Assembly: GCA_900128395.1 (NCBI GenBank)
Contig: LT649264.1
Coordinates: 1 to 52,137, forward strand
DNA: 52,137 bases
Direction: 5' to 3'
Source of the DNA: Stramenopiles sp. TOSAG23-2
Taxonomy: Eukaryota
The position numbers and the translations under genes were made by a program. Below, in pieces: positions 10,523 through 21,119 of this stretch (its first letter is position 1; the number at the start of each line of letters is the position of its first letter). The notes under the pieces are model-generated. The model was not told where the DNA came from and ran no database searches. It saw nothing but the letters and a program-made list of their open reading frames with translations.

Positions 10523-13039
10523 CTACAACGCCTTCTTCCTCCTTCCTTTCTCTTCCATATTATAAAGCAATAAATCTTTCATTTCTTTCAATACATTATT
10601 CAATACATTCAAAAATTTTTCAGAATCACTCATAGGTGATGAACGTTTACTACTAACATGGAAAAAAATCTTATCTTCACCAGCAAACATATATGATATA
10701 CCATATCCATCATCTGTTACTGGACCAAATCCACCACCAGGACTAATACAAATATCATCAATTTCTTTTGGAACAATATTCCAAACTTTCGTTTGTCGTT
10801 GTGGTTGTTGGCTTGTTGACATACGCCATGGAATTTTTAATGCAGTTTGTAGAAATTCAGATTCAGCATCCATGGACATACTAACGACATACATCGCAAA
10901 TATATGCCGTTCCACACCACGGCCACACATGGCATCAATATATGCATGTTGATGTTTATCACATGCTTTTTTTAACAATGAAAATTTTAAATCGTTGTTT
11001 TTAACATCATTACTATTATTCAATCCATCGCCATTATTATCAATGTCGTTATGTGTATCATTACTTTTAATAGATGCAATACCAATCATACTTTTTACAA
11101 AGTTTACGCTTTCCGCGGATAATACCCTAACCGTCTCCGTTCGTCCATTTCGAAACATACGTGCCATACAAGCTTCATATGTCAATGCCATCGTACCATG
11201 TGCTCTATAATATGCAAGTTGATATGCCATTTGAATAAATGCATCAGGCGATAAACCATTTTTTTTCACTAATCCTTTACCATAATCTACATGGCCGAAT
11301 ACTTCTAATTGTAAATCGCATATTAAATTTTTCGCAAATTTCAATGCATTGCGTGTAGATGTACATGCATTTTTATTTAAATGAAATTTCAATAATTTCA
11401 CTTTATTTAATAATACAGTTGTAGGTACAAAATCTTTATTACCTTTCGTAGATTTATTCGATGCATGGCCATTGTCTTGATAACTAAATTTACCATTACG
11501 TTCAATTTCATGACATAAACAATGTTCCCACATATGTGCAACGACCGGGGCATCTGCCCATGAATGTTCTGCATTTAAACCAGCATGTCCATTTTCATAT
11601 ACAATTAATGATACACTTTTATCAAACCAACGATTTGTACCATCCCCATGCATTGTTAAACTACCACGTTCTCTCCATGTTGCTGGTGAATTTGTATCTA
11701 ATACAACGACGAATAATGCTTTTTCGATTTCATCTAATGATACTTTATTTACACCTTCACTAAAATTATCCTCCCGTACCTCTGCCCAAATTGTACGAGT
11801 AGCTGCAGTTAATGATGCTAAATATTTTCCATTCGATTCTTTAATTTGTCCTAAATTATGCATTTGATCAGCAATTTGTTTTACATATGCAAATTGTTCT
11901 TCAATTTCATATGGTTTTGATACACGGCCATCCCAACGAATTACTTCAATTTTAAAGAATACACCACGTCTAATCACCACTATATGTTTCGATGAATCAC
12001 CACGATGTTTCAATACATCGTTTTCCTTTCCTGGTATACGTGTAGTACCAAACATACGTTCATACTGATTCATGCATATAGGCCGGATCCCCCGTATACG
12101 AATTGGCTCTACATGTTCCTTTTGTAATAAAATATGAAAATCAACCATTAATGCAGTTAATGTTCCTGCACGAGCAACGCTTATACGTGATGGTGCAAAA
12201 TCACAAAAATCCAACATGTAATAATTTGAATTAATACATAAAGAATTACGTGCACGTAACCAAACATATTTCTCCCATATATCACTTACATAATTAGTTG
12301 ACCATAAAAATGCTCTAATTTTCAAATATTGGTTGATTTTCACACCATTGTTTACAATAAAAGTTTCCCCTAAATCTTTTAATTTTAAATATTCTTTTTC
12401 TTCCAAGATAGGTTTAACTGATTCCAAAAATTTTGTAACCGTATTTTCTAAATATGGTACTGGCATAGTTGGCAAGGATGATTGAAAACTATATGTTAAT
12501 CTTGGATTTTTAAATCCCGTCAATACTTTAGTTGCAAATTGCCACATACGTGTTGATACATGATCTTTTTTATGCCGATATATCCAACCATTCCATGACA
12601 AGACAAAGCGTAATAATCCACGTTCCAATGCCATGATAATAAATACAATCCATATACTCCCAAGTGCTGCTAAATAACCAATTCTAACATCTAACGATAT
12701 ATAATTCAAAAATTGTTTTGGCCAAAAAAGTTCATTTGAGTAGGTTAAAATCCGTGCCAGCCATCCTGTCCTCCACCATGAGGTTGGATTAGCAGATAAA
12801 GCTATCAAGACTAAAGTTATAGTTACAATTAACAATGTTATCGGGGATGCAGGCCATAAACCATATAATATTACGTTACGCCACCGATATCCTATTTTTA
12901 CACAATGACGACGCCAACGATATGGATGTGGTAATTTTAAAGTTAATGTAACTGTTCCATCATCATTTTCATTAACCAAAAATAAATCAAAATTACGTTT
13001 TTGTTTCGTGTATTCAATAGCATTTCTTGCTTCAGCCAT
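10523..13039 (-). CDS. CPT1: Carnitine O-palmitoyltransferase 1-like (two N-terminal TM helices)
   Basis: SFQSSLPTMPVP, NYVSDIWEKY, NSNYY, NRWFDKS, catalytic EHSWADA, SPDAFIQMA, TYE...GRTETVR, STSQ, GGGFGPVTDDGYGISY. Confidence 0.93.
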   Translation of the reverse strand: MAEARNAIEYTKQKRNFDLFLVNENDDGTVTLTLKLPHPYRWRRHCVKIGYRWRNVILYGLWPASPITLLIVTITLVLIALSANPTSWWRTGWLARILTYSNELFWPKQFLNYISLDVRIGYLAALGSIWIVFIIMALERGLLRFVLSWNGWIYRHKKDHVSTRMWQFATKVLTGFKNPRLTYSFQSSLPTMPVPYLENTVTKFLESVKPILEEKEYLKLKDLGETFIVNNGVKINQYLKIRAFLWSTNYVSDIWEKYVWLRARNSLCINSNYYMLDFCDFAPSRISVARAGTLTALMVDFHILLQKEHVEPIRIRGIRPICMNQYERMFGTTRIPGKENDVLKHRGDSSKHIVVIRRGVFFKIEVIRWDGRVSKPYEIEEQFAYVKQIADQMHNLGQIKESNGKYLASLTAATRTIWAEVREDNFSEGVNKVSLDEIEKALFVVVLDTNSPATWRERGSLTMHGDGTNRWFDKSVSLIVYENGHAGLNAEHSWADAPVVAHMWEHCLCHEIERNGKFSYQDNGHASNKSTKGNKDFVPTTVLLNKVKLLKFHLNKNACTSTRNALKFAKNLICDLQLEVFGHVDYGKGLVKKNGLSPDAFIQMAYQLAYYRAHGTMALTYEACMARMFRNGRTETVRVLSAESVNFVKSMIGIASIKSNDTHNDIDNNGDGLNNSNDVKNNDLKFSLLKKACDKHQHAYIDAMCGRGVERHIFAMYVVSMSMDAESEFLQTALKIPWRMSTSQQPQRQTKVWNIVPKEIDDICISPGGGFGPVTDDGYGISYMFAGEDKIFFHVSSKRSSPMSDSEKFLNVLNNVLKEMKDLLLYNMEEKGRRKKAL

Positions 13040-13900
13040 GATTTATTGGGGGAAATTTTTTATTTGTTGAGGAAGAATTATTAATACAGAAATTACAATT
13101 TATTTCTCTTTTTTTTTTTGTTTTTATTATTAAATAATAAATTATGAAAAAAAAAATAAAATGTATTTTGTTATATATTATATATATGTATATATATTTG
13201 TTTATGTCGACAGGTCGATTAATATGTGAAATACAGAATATATATATATATATATCTTCGCCCAGGACATAGATTGTTCTTTTTATGAATAATAATATTT
13301 GGTTTGATCAATCTAATATCAATCTACTATATAATACATTCACAATATATTAACATCCGGTATTTATAATTTTACATGATGATGTATATATATAAAATAA
13401 TTATTGGCACATTATGGCACAATGCTTGCCAGCTTGCATTGCTGTAATGGTATTTTTATACCTGCTTCCAACAAATTTTATACTTTGCCAGAGAGTAGCT
13501 CTAGCCAGCTAGCCAGGCGGCTGCAACGGTGCTAATTTTATACTAGGGACACGAGACACGACAGGGTTTTTCTGAGCGCGTCCACACAAAAAATATTAAT
13601 ATGTACTCCAAATATTAATATAGGATATATATCCGGATATAGGTAAATTTAGATGTAAAAGAGAAAGTGTATTTGTTGTTGTATAGAAAACATCATATCA
13701 TTTATATCTATATCAATATAGGCATATATATATATATATATATATAAATATACATATATACAAAGGCTGATAAATTATTTCCAAGCTTTGTCATTATATT
13801 ATATTTTAAATCATTATTTATTATATATATTTAAATATTTTAATAAACATCGATATTAAAAATTTCGAAATATAATAATATATTATCAGCACGTGGCACA

Positions 13901-16900
13901 ATGATGGAAGAATCGCCAACAGAATCCAGGCCATTATTAAATAGTAATGGTTTTGGTGGAGAAAGAGAAAAAACGTCAAGACGAGCAGCGTATGATTTTA
14001 TTGAAGGGAAAACTACAATAGGTGCATATTATGAAGGTTTTACTATCTTTTTAATTTTATTAAACGTCTTAGGCTTCGTTGTTGGAACGCAGTTTGATGC
14101 AACATATGTACCAAACGCACCTAAATGCGATTGGTGTGGAGTATGGTTTATTGGTACACATGAATTAGGGGATTCTTCCATTATGGAAATATTTACTGTT
14201 GCTGTCTTTACAGTTGATTATATTGTAAGATTTTGGGCCATCGCAGAAGAAAAAGAATACCAAGGTACATATGGTCGATTACCATATATTTATTCTTTTT
14301 TCTCTCTTGTCGATTTAGTATCTATCTTACCATTTTATATTGACTTATTATATGTAGGTGATTTGCCAGCATCTCAATTTTTACGTATGTTTCGTTTATT
14401 TCGTATGATGAGATTGGAAGGGCGATACTTAGAAGCATTTACATTGTTTGATGATGTCCTTGTGAATAATGCTCAAATCCTTGGCGTTACTGGATTTGTT
14501 GGTTTTGCTACATGGATTATTGTCTCAGCGTTGTATTATTTAGCAGAACGTACAAATAATGATATGATTTATTGCCCAGTTCCATGTGATACATTAGTGA
14601 AAAGTAAATGTCAATACGATAGCTATGGTCGTGTTTTACCAGAGACATGTGGTTGTACGAAAAAAAATCAATGTTATAATTTATATCAAAGTGTTTTGAC
14701 GTCTATGTATTTCACATTGGTTAATTTATTTGGCGAATTTCCATTAGCTGATAATCATAGTGGTTGGGGACGTGTAGTCGCTTCATTTACTGCCATTATT
14801 GCAGTTGCCATATTTGGTATACCTGCTGGTATTTTCGGTAATGGTTTCGATGAATTGTTACAAGAAAAACGTGAAGAAAAAAAGAAATTGGAAGCACAAA
14901 AACGAATGAGAAACGCTGCTATGACCGTAAAAGCAGCTACTGCATTAGGTGCGTTTGGTGGTAAAGGTATGATGTCAATGAATGCATTGCCAGAGGATGA
15001 AGAGAAGAAAGTTAAAGGTGAAAAAGAAACAATTGGCGATGAATCAACTTTTCGTGGACGTTTATTTAACTTTTTACATGCAAAAACGGAATCTGGTACA
15101 GTATTTGAATATTTCATCTTTGCATTGATTATATTAAATGTATTAGGGTTTATGTTTGAAACTACTGAATATGTGGAAAAAAGTGTTGGATGGCAAAATT
15201 TCTTAGAAGGCTTTGAAACATTTAGTGTAATTGTATTTACAATTGAATATTTGTTGAGATTATATGCAATTGGGGAAGTAGAACAATTCGATGGATTTAC
15301 CGGTCGTCTTTCTTGGATGTGGTCATTCTATGCATTAGTAGATTTACTATCTATTTTGCCATGGTACGGTGAAAAATTATTTTTATCAAATGCAACAGCA
15401 AAAAAATCCACTGGGGCAATGTTTGTAAGAGCATTGAGATTATTACGTATGTTAAAAGCAGAGCAATATACAGAGGCATTTACTATTTTAGATGACGTAG
15501 TTCGTGCACAAAGCGATGTATTAATTGTTACTGGATTTACTGCATTAGTATTTTGGATCTTTTTCTCCACATTGATGTATTATGCTGAACGTAATAATCC
15601 AGACCCAGAAATGCAATATTATTACTATTCCATTCCAGATGCAATGTGGATGACATTGTTGAATTTATCTGGTGAATCACCATTGTGCCATTTTACCACG
15701 TGGGGTAAAATCATTACTGGTGTGATTGGTATATTTGCAGTTGGTTTATTCGGTATTCCAATTGGTATCTTAGGCGCCGGCTTTGAAGATTGGGTAGATG
15801 GTGGTGATGATGATGATGAAGATGGTGATGAAGAAGAAGGGAAGAAAAATGACGATACTGCAGTTGATATGAATGGAATTGAAATTGCTAGAAAACAAAA
15901 ATCTTTCAGGCAAAATATGTTTGATTTCATGGAAGGCAAAACAAGCGCTGGGCGTTGGTTTGAAACATTAATATTTGCTTTGATCTTCATGACCATTGTA
16001 ACTACTAGCATACAAACTGTTGATAGTATTGGATGCAGTCAAGTACAAGAAAAAGATGAAAAAAGTATTTGTATGTGGATGGACACATTGGAATTGATTG
16101 CCGTATTGTTTTTCACTGTTGAATATCTTGCACGTTTATACGTATTGCCAGAAGATCCGGAATATGAAGGATACCCTGGTTCCATAGGAAAGATTGTGTG
16201 CTACATTTTTTCCTTTTATTCAATTATTGATTTATTAGCAATTGTACCATTTTACATTGCATCTGCATTACCAGGTGGTATCGTTGATCAGTACGATAAT
16301 TACTTCCGTTTATTACGTATCATGCGTTTATTTAAATTAGATAAATACGTACCATCAATCAGTTTGTTGGACGATGTTATTCGTGCTAAGAAAGCGCCGT
16401 TAATGGTCACTGGCTTTGCAGCTGGTGTATTGACTGTGTTATTCTCTGCATTAATGTATTTAACTGAATACAAAGATTATGCAAATGATATTGATCCTAT
16501 TCCATTAGATGGTTGCAACGGCAATTGTACACAAGCAAATCGTTTTAAAGATGTTTTCATGGCAATGCCAGTTACGATTATCCATCTTACGGGTGACTTT
16601 CCAATTGTAAACTACGACACGTGGGCCCGCGTCAATTGCTTCTTCATGGTCGTAATTGGTGTTGGTTTGGTTAGTATACCAGCTGGTTTGATTGCATCTG
16701 GTTTCTCCGATGTTGTTGAAGAATCTCAAGGTGCTGATACAAAAGTAGCTGAAAATTATGGAGGTTGGGAATTGCCAACGCAAAAACCTGTTAGTCCATG
16801 TTGCGATGGTTTGATGCAAAGTGTCAATGATTTCTTAAATGCAGAGGAAGGCTTAGGCAAATGGTTTAGCAATTTCATCTTTGTATTGATTATAGTAAAC

Positions 16901-17620
16901 ATCTTTGCAGTTGTATTAGAGACCATTCCAGACATCAATGAAAGTTGGGGAGAACATGCATTTAATACGTTCGAGGCATTTTCAGTGATTGTATTTACAA
17001 TTGAATATCTAGGCCGTGTTTTCAGTGTTGTGAAAGATCCAGAACATTTCTATTCAAGATATTTCTATTGCACGACGTTTTTTGGCGTTGTTGACTTCAT
17101 AGCGGTAGCACCATGGTATGTGCAACAAATCTTTTATCCGAATGATCATGACATGGCAGTCATTTTCAGAGTATTCCGTCTATTCCGTGTCCTTCAATTA
17201 GAGCATTTCTGTGAGGCATTTACAAAATTGGATGATGTATATCGTGAATCTGAAAATGTTCTGAAAGCAACAGGATTAATGGCATTAATTGTATGGTTAT
17301 TGTCAGGTGTTTTATTTTACTTGTTTGAGAAAAATAATTTAAATTGGAGAGAAGACTCGTGTACTGTCCAAGAATTCAACGATCATAAAGCTGGATGCAA
17401 TAGTAGTTTTGGTGATATTCCAAGTGCGTTGTATTTCACTGCTATTTTCCTAGGTGGGGAGTGGGCAAAAACTGACTTCAGTTTCCCTGGAAAATTGTTA
17501 TGTGTATTTTTATGTGTAGCTGGTATTGCTATTTATGCAGTACCAATAGGTGCATTATTTGATGCATTTGGTGAAATTCTTGGAGGTGATGATGATGAGG
17601 AGGAGGATGGTGATGATTAG
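13901..17620 (+). CDS. Four-domain (4x6TM) voltage-gated cation channel made of Kv-like repeats with non-K+ filters
   Basis: Four homologous units, each with S2 (FT[VI][DE]Y..R), S3 (VD..[SA]I.P[FW]Y), Arg-rich S4, S5 ending Y..E, pore helix + filter and S6 with IP/VP-x-G. Confidence 0.9.
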   Translation: MMEESPTESRPLLNSNGFGGEREKTSRRAAYDFIEGKTTIGAYYEGFTIFLILLNVLGFVVGTQFDATYVPNAPKCDWCGVWFIGTHELGDSSIMEIFTVAVFTVDYIVRFWAIAEEKEYQGTYGRLPYIYSFFSLVDLVSILPFYIDLLYVGDLPASQFLRMFRLFRMMRLEGRYLEAFTLFDDVLVNNAQILGVTGFVGFATWIIVSALYYLAERTNNDMIYCPVPCDTLVKSKCQYDSYGRVLPETCGCTKKNQCYNLYQSVLTSMYFTLVNLFGEFPLADNHSGWGRVVASFTAIIAVAIFGIPAGIFGNGFDELLQEKREEKKKLEAQKRMRNAAMTVKAATALGAFGGKGMMSMNALPEDEEKKVKGEKETIGDESTFRGRLFNFLHAKTESGTVFEYFIFALIILNVLGFMFETTEYVEKSVGWQNFLEGFETFSVIVFTIEYLLRLYAIGEVEQFDGFTGRLSWMWSFYALVDLLSILPWYGEKLFLSNATAKKSTGAMFVRALRLLRMLKAEQYTEAFTILDDVVRAQSDVLIVTGFTALVFWIFFSTLMYYAERNNPDPEMQYYYYSIPDAMWMTLLNLSGESPLCHFTTWGKIITGVIGIFAVGLFGIPIGILGAGFEDWVDGGDDDDEDGDEEEGKKNDDTAVDMNGIEIARKQKSFRQNMFDFMEGKTSAGRWFETLIFALIFMTIVTTSIQTVDSIGCSQVQEKDEKSICMWMDTLELIAVLFFTVEYLARLYVLPEDPEYEGYPGSIGKIVCYIFSFYSIIDLLAIVPFYIASALPGGIVDQYDNYFRLLRIMRLFKLDKYVPSISLLDDVIRAKKAPLMVTGFAAGVLTVLFSALMYLTEYKDYANDIDPIPLDGCNGNCTQANRFKDVFMAMPVTIIHLTGDFPIVNYDTWARVNCFFMVVIGVGLVSIPAGLIASGFSDVVEESQGADTKVAENYGGWELPTQKPVSPCCDGLMQSVNDFLNAEEGLGKWFSNFIFVLIIVNIFAVVLETIPDINESWGEHAFNTFEAFSVIVFTIEYLGRVFSVVKDPEHFYSRYFYCTTFFGVVDFIAVAPWYVQQIFYPNDHDMAVIFRVFRLFRVLQLEHFCEAFTKLDDVYRESENVLKATGLMALIVWLLSGVLFYLFEKNNLNWREDSCTVQEFNDHKAGCNSSFGDIPSALYFTAIFLGGEWAKTDFSFPGKLLCVFLCVAGIAIYAVPIGALFDAFGEILGGDDDEEEDGDD

Positions 17621-17915
17621 GGTGTTTTCATTTTAACAAATAGAGTAGGTTTTGCGTGTTGCATACGTCTAGAGAAAGATGTACGTATGTGCGTGTGTGT
17701 ATGTGTGAAAAAGAAAATAAAGAGAGAGAGTGTGCAGTGTGCAGTGATATGTTCTCTATGCATCATATATGGTATCATGTACGAGTACACATTTAAAATT
17801 TTCTTTAAAAATTATATATGATAACACACGTAAATAAAGATATGAGATGTAAATGATACTTCATTTTTTAAATAAAAAAATAATAAATTTAAAATATATA
17901 AATGCACATATTTTT

Positions 17916-18893
17916 TTAATCTTTTTTTTTACTCCTCTTCTTCTTCTCTGTCTTCTTCTTTGCCTTCTTCTTTTCCTTCTTTGTATCCTGCTTTGAGTCA
18001 GACTCTCTAAATTCATCCAATGTGATCTCATTCAATTTTTTCTGATTAGGAACCAAATGTCCATTTTGAAAAATTGTCAATGTTTTGAATGGCCTCATCG
18101 TAAAGCTTGCTAAAATTAATATACCTGAAACAAAATGAAAGATTCTTTCAAAATACATACACGATAATGGAACTGGGTATAGTGTATTATTTGCCAATAT
18201 TGTCATTCCAGTTGCGATCAATAAATGATAAATCCCAACAAAATAATACATATGTTGTAATTGCATTGATGGTATTGACCAATATATATAAAACATACCA
18301 ATTACTAATGTACAGATACCATAACTTCGTAGCCCTAAATGCCTTGTATCAGCATTTGAAAATTGAAGATCATAAACAAATTTATTATCAATAATTTTAT
18401 GCTCTGGTGAAAATACTAGAAACACGCCATATATGCCTTCAATAAAACCAGAAATTTGTACGAGTGCTTTTGTCCATTCTAAGTTCAAACTGTTTACAAG
18501 GCGATCGTCAAATGTCTTTACAAGGTTGTCTTTGTGTGTAAAATATGCATATAATGTAAATAAACCACATGGCAAATCCAACGCACCTCCTTGAAGAACA
18601 GACCAAGGTGAACCAAACATGACAATAATTAAAGTTAGCCAAAATGGTACAGTTGAACGTCCTAGACCAGTTGTATACATCATCTCATAGATATTGTAAT
18701 AGAATGCAGGCATATAAAAGCATACACATAGTAGTCCTTCCTTTAAACCATTTAGACGATATGGTGCCGGGTGTTCATCCTCAACTTTTAATCCCATTGC
18801 ATCTAATACAGCAAAATCTGGTCCCATAAATAAATATGCTACTATCCACATGTATGGTATAAATATTAAAATGGATATTCTCAATGAATCCAT
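17916..18893 (-). CDS. Hypothetical multi-pass membrane protein with Lys-rich tail ending KKKD (possible KKxx ER-retrieval signal)
   Basis: 325-aa ORF with about 7 hydrophobic segments; no family recognised. Confidence 0.7.
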   Translation of the reverse strand: MDSLRISILIFIPYMWIVAYLFMGPDFAVLDAMGLKVEDEHPAPYRLNGLKEGLLCVCFYMPAFYYNIYEMMYTTGLGRSTVPFWLTLIIVMFGSPWSVLQGGALDLPCGLFTLYAYFTHKDNLVKTFDDRLVNSLNLEWTKALVQISGFIEGIYGVFLVFSPEHKIIDNKFVYDLQFSNADTRHLGLRSYGICTLVIGMFYIYWSIPSMQLQHMYYFVGIYHLLIATGMTILANNTLYPVPLSCMYFERIFHFVSGILILASFTMRPFKTLTIFQNGHLVPNQKKLNEITLDEFRESDSKQDTKKEKKKAKKKTEKKKRSKKKD

Positions 18894-19523
18894 CTTTTCG
18901 AAATTATTACACCTTAGTTTCTTCTTTTTTTTTCCAGGTTATTGACAAACCTTTATTTTCACTTAATACTTCTTTCCTTTGTCTTTGTTTTTTGTTTCTT
19001 CTATACTATATTGTTGCCCTTTATCTTTTCTATGTAGTAGTACACGTTGGTCTTTTCTAAAATTAATAAAAGTAGTAGTAATAAAAATTCAAAAATAATA
19101 ATATAATAAATAATAATAATAAATAGTGCAATAATAATTCTAATAATAATAATATAATATAATAATAGCGTTGCAATGCAACCAATAATATAATAAATAA
19201 ATTTGTGCATCATCAAAATATCACCAAGAAGTTTTTTTGTGCTATAACAAAAATGTTGCAACTTTAAGGGTTCAAATTACTATAGACAAAACAGGATTTT
19301 CTGCAAGTCTGGAAAACACGTTTAGTAATCGGCCGATGGCTAAATACCACCTGGTGGTATACTGGTATACTATGGGGGTGTTTAGAAGCAGAAAGAACGG
19401 AGACCGTACTCGTGGTTCGTATTAGTTGTTCGACATTTGTAGTTCTCTGCAAATTTATGTATCATACACATTCAAAAAGCACACTTCTTATTTTAAACAC
19501 AAAAATTTCGCCTATCTGTTTTT

Positions 19524-20717
19524 TCAGTTCGACATCTCTAATTTTACTTTATTGATTTCATTTTCGATTTTTTCCCGTTTATTAGAATATGTTAAAATAT
19601 CGTTAATTAATTTATCATTTGTTGCATAATGAATTGTAATTTTATCAAGCAGAAGATTTGGAACATGGTGCATGTGGCCTTTTAAGCTTTTGGAAAACCC
19701 GGCATATGGTTGGTTATTTGGGCTTAATTTATTTGTATGTACAAGGAGGATTGACAACGCGTTTGCGCAAGTCCCTATAGTAACGTCATTTACCCTTTTA
19801 AACGGACATTTGCCGTCGTATAGCTCTGGTACAACTTTATCAAATGCAGCTTTAGAAAGTAATATTCCTGCACCACCACTTGGAAATGGTAATTTTGTTT
19901 GCCATTCTTTTTCCGTCCAGATGAATCCAAAAATAACAGGGATTTTGTAATTTAAACGTGCAACAAAATTAAGTAATTGATTATAATTTACAAACGTATC
20001 ATCATCTACTAAAAAATACCATTTTTTATTTGTATATTTCTTTTTATTTCTATAAACTGCTTTCATTGCAGTAAATTGTCTATGCTGTGCATCTGTTTTG
20101 GATGATTTACCTTTTAAATTTGGAAATGATTCAATACCAATAGACTTTTCATGGTCGTCACTTATAAACATGATATTTTCTCTGTCTTTCCCCCACGTAT
20201 TTCGTGCATTAGCAGCAAGATTGTGATTATCATGGCTACCTGTCATAACTATTGTTAAGATATTTTTACTATGTATATTTATAGCGTCTCTAAAAGTCTT
20301 TAAATTATTAACATATTTTTTATGTGTTGTTAGCGCTGATGATAATGACGGCAGGTATATACATGGGTCTAGATTTTCATATTCTGATACAAGTAAATAT
20401 TTTGTAAATTTATGAATCTTATCCAATTTTGAAGTAACTCTATTAATGGTATCATTGGTTAAACAATTTGTACGTGAGTAAAAATCGTATCCTTCTTTAT
20501 TGTGGAAAGAATCAATTATTTTTACGTGTGTGACAATATCCTGTGATACGGCAGTTATACGACGTGATAATCTTGTAAAATATTTATAATTATAATTAAA
20601 AAATATACGTAATGGTAAAATAACTGCAAAAATTACAAATAATATACAATATATATATTTAAAACGAAGCCTGTGCATGTATTTGTTACAACGAAAGTTA
20701 GATTGAATCTTTTTCAT
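19524..20717 (-). CDS. GT31/Fringe-like beta-1,3-glycosyltransferase, type II membrane protein
   Basis: N-terminal TM anchor, RNTWG, KWYFLVDDDTFV (DxD), FPSGGAGILLS, NDVTIGTC. Confidence 0.88.
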   Translation of the reverse strand: MKKIQSNFRCNKYMHRLRFKYIYCILFVIFAVILPLRIFFNYNYKYFTRLSRRITAVSQDIVTHVKIIDSFHNKEGYDFYSRTNCLTNDTINRVTSKLDKIHKFTKYLLVSEYENLDPCIYLPSLSSALTTHKKYVNNLKTFRDAINIHSKNILTIVMTGSHDNHNLAANARNTWGKDRENIMFISDDHEKSIGIESFPNLKGKSSKTDAQHRQFTAMKAVYRNKKKYTNKKWYFLVDDDTFVNYNQLLNFVARLNYKIPVIFGFIWTEKEWQTKLPFPSGGAGILLSKAAFDKVVPELYDGKCPFKRVNDVTIGTCANALSILLVHTNKLSPNNQPYAGFSKSLKGHMHHVPNLLLDKITIHYATNDKLINDILTYSNKREKIENEINKVKLEMSN

Positions 20718-21119
20718 GATGTTATATGTATATATACAAAATAGTTCTATATTTCCCCCTTCGTGGAAAAGTAAATATTGCTAGAAGTTAGGAAGCGCGA
20801 AAATTCTGCACACTGATTATTATTTATTATTATTATCTATAATATCATTATAAGAAGTTTTCCTTGCCAGCTGTGCAGCTTTTGCTGGTTTGCATATAAG
20901 AAAATAATAAGCAAGTGGATAAAAAAAATAAAGCACAAAACAACTGTCAAAAAATATAGTATTGCATATACATATTATTTTTCAAAATATCAAAGAAGTA
21001 TGAAACTTTTATTCACTTCTTTTTGTTTCTTCTCCAAATCTATAATTTATATATTTTCCAAATTTATTTATCTATCTGCCTACATATATATATATATATT
21101 TATATAGTTTTCCTCCACC

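Noticed and set aside
13724-13746. (TA)n microsatellites upstream of many genes
   Set aside because: Ordinary low-complexity sequence in an AT-rich genome.
19001-19261. I/Y/L-rich ORF that looks like a membrane peptide
   Set aside because: Translation of (TAA/TTA)n low-complexity intergenic DNA.
19266-19280. GGTTCAAATT B-box/T-loop-like sequence suggesting a tRNA
   Set aside because: No cloverleaf or A box can be built around it.
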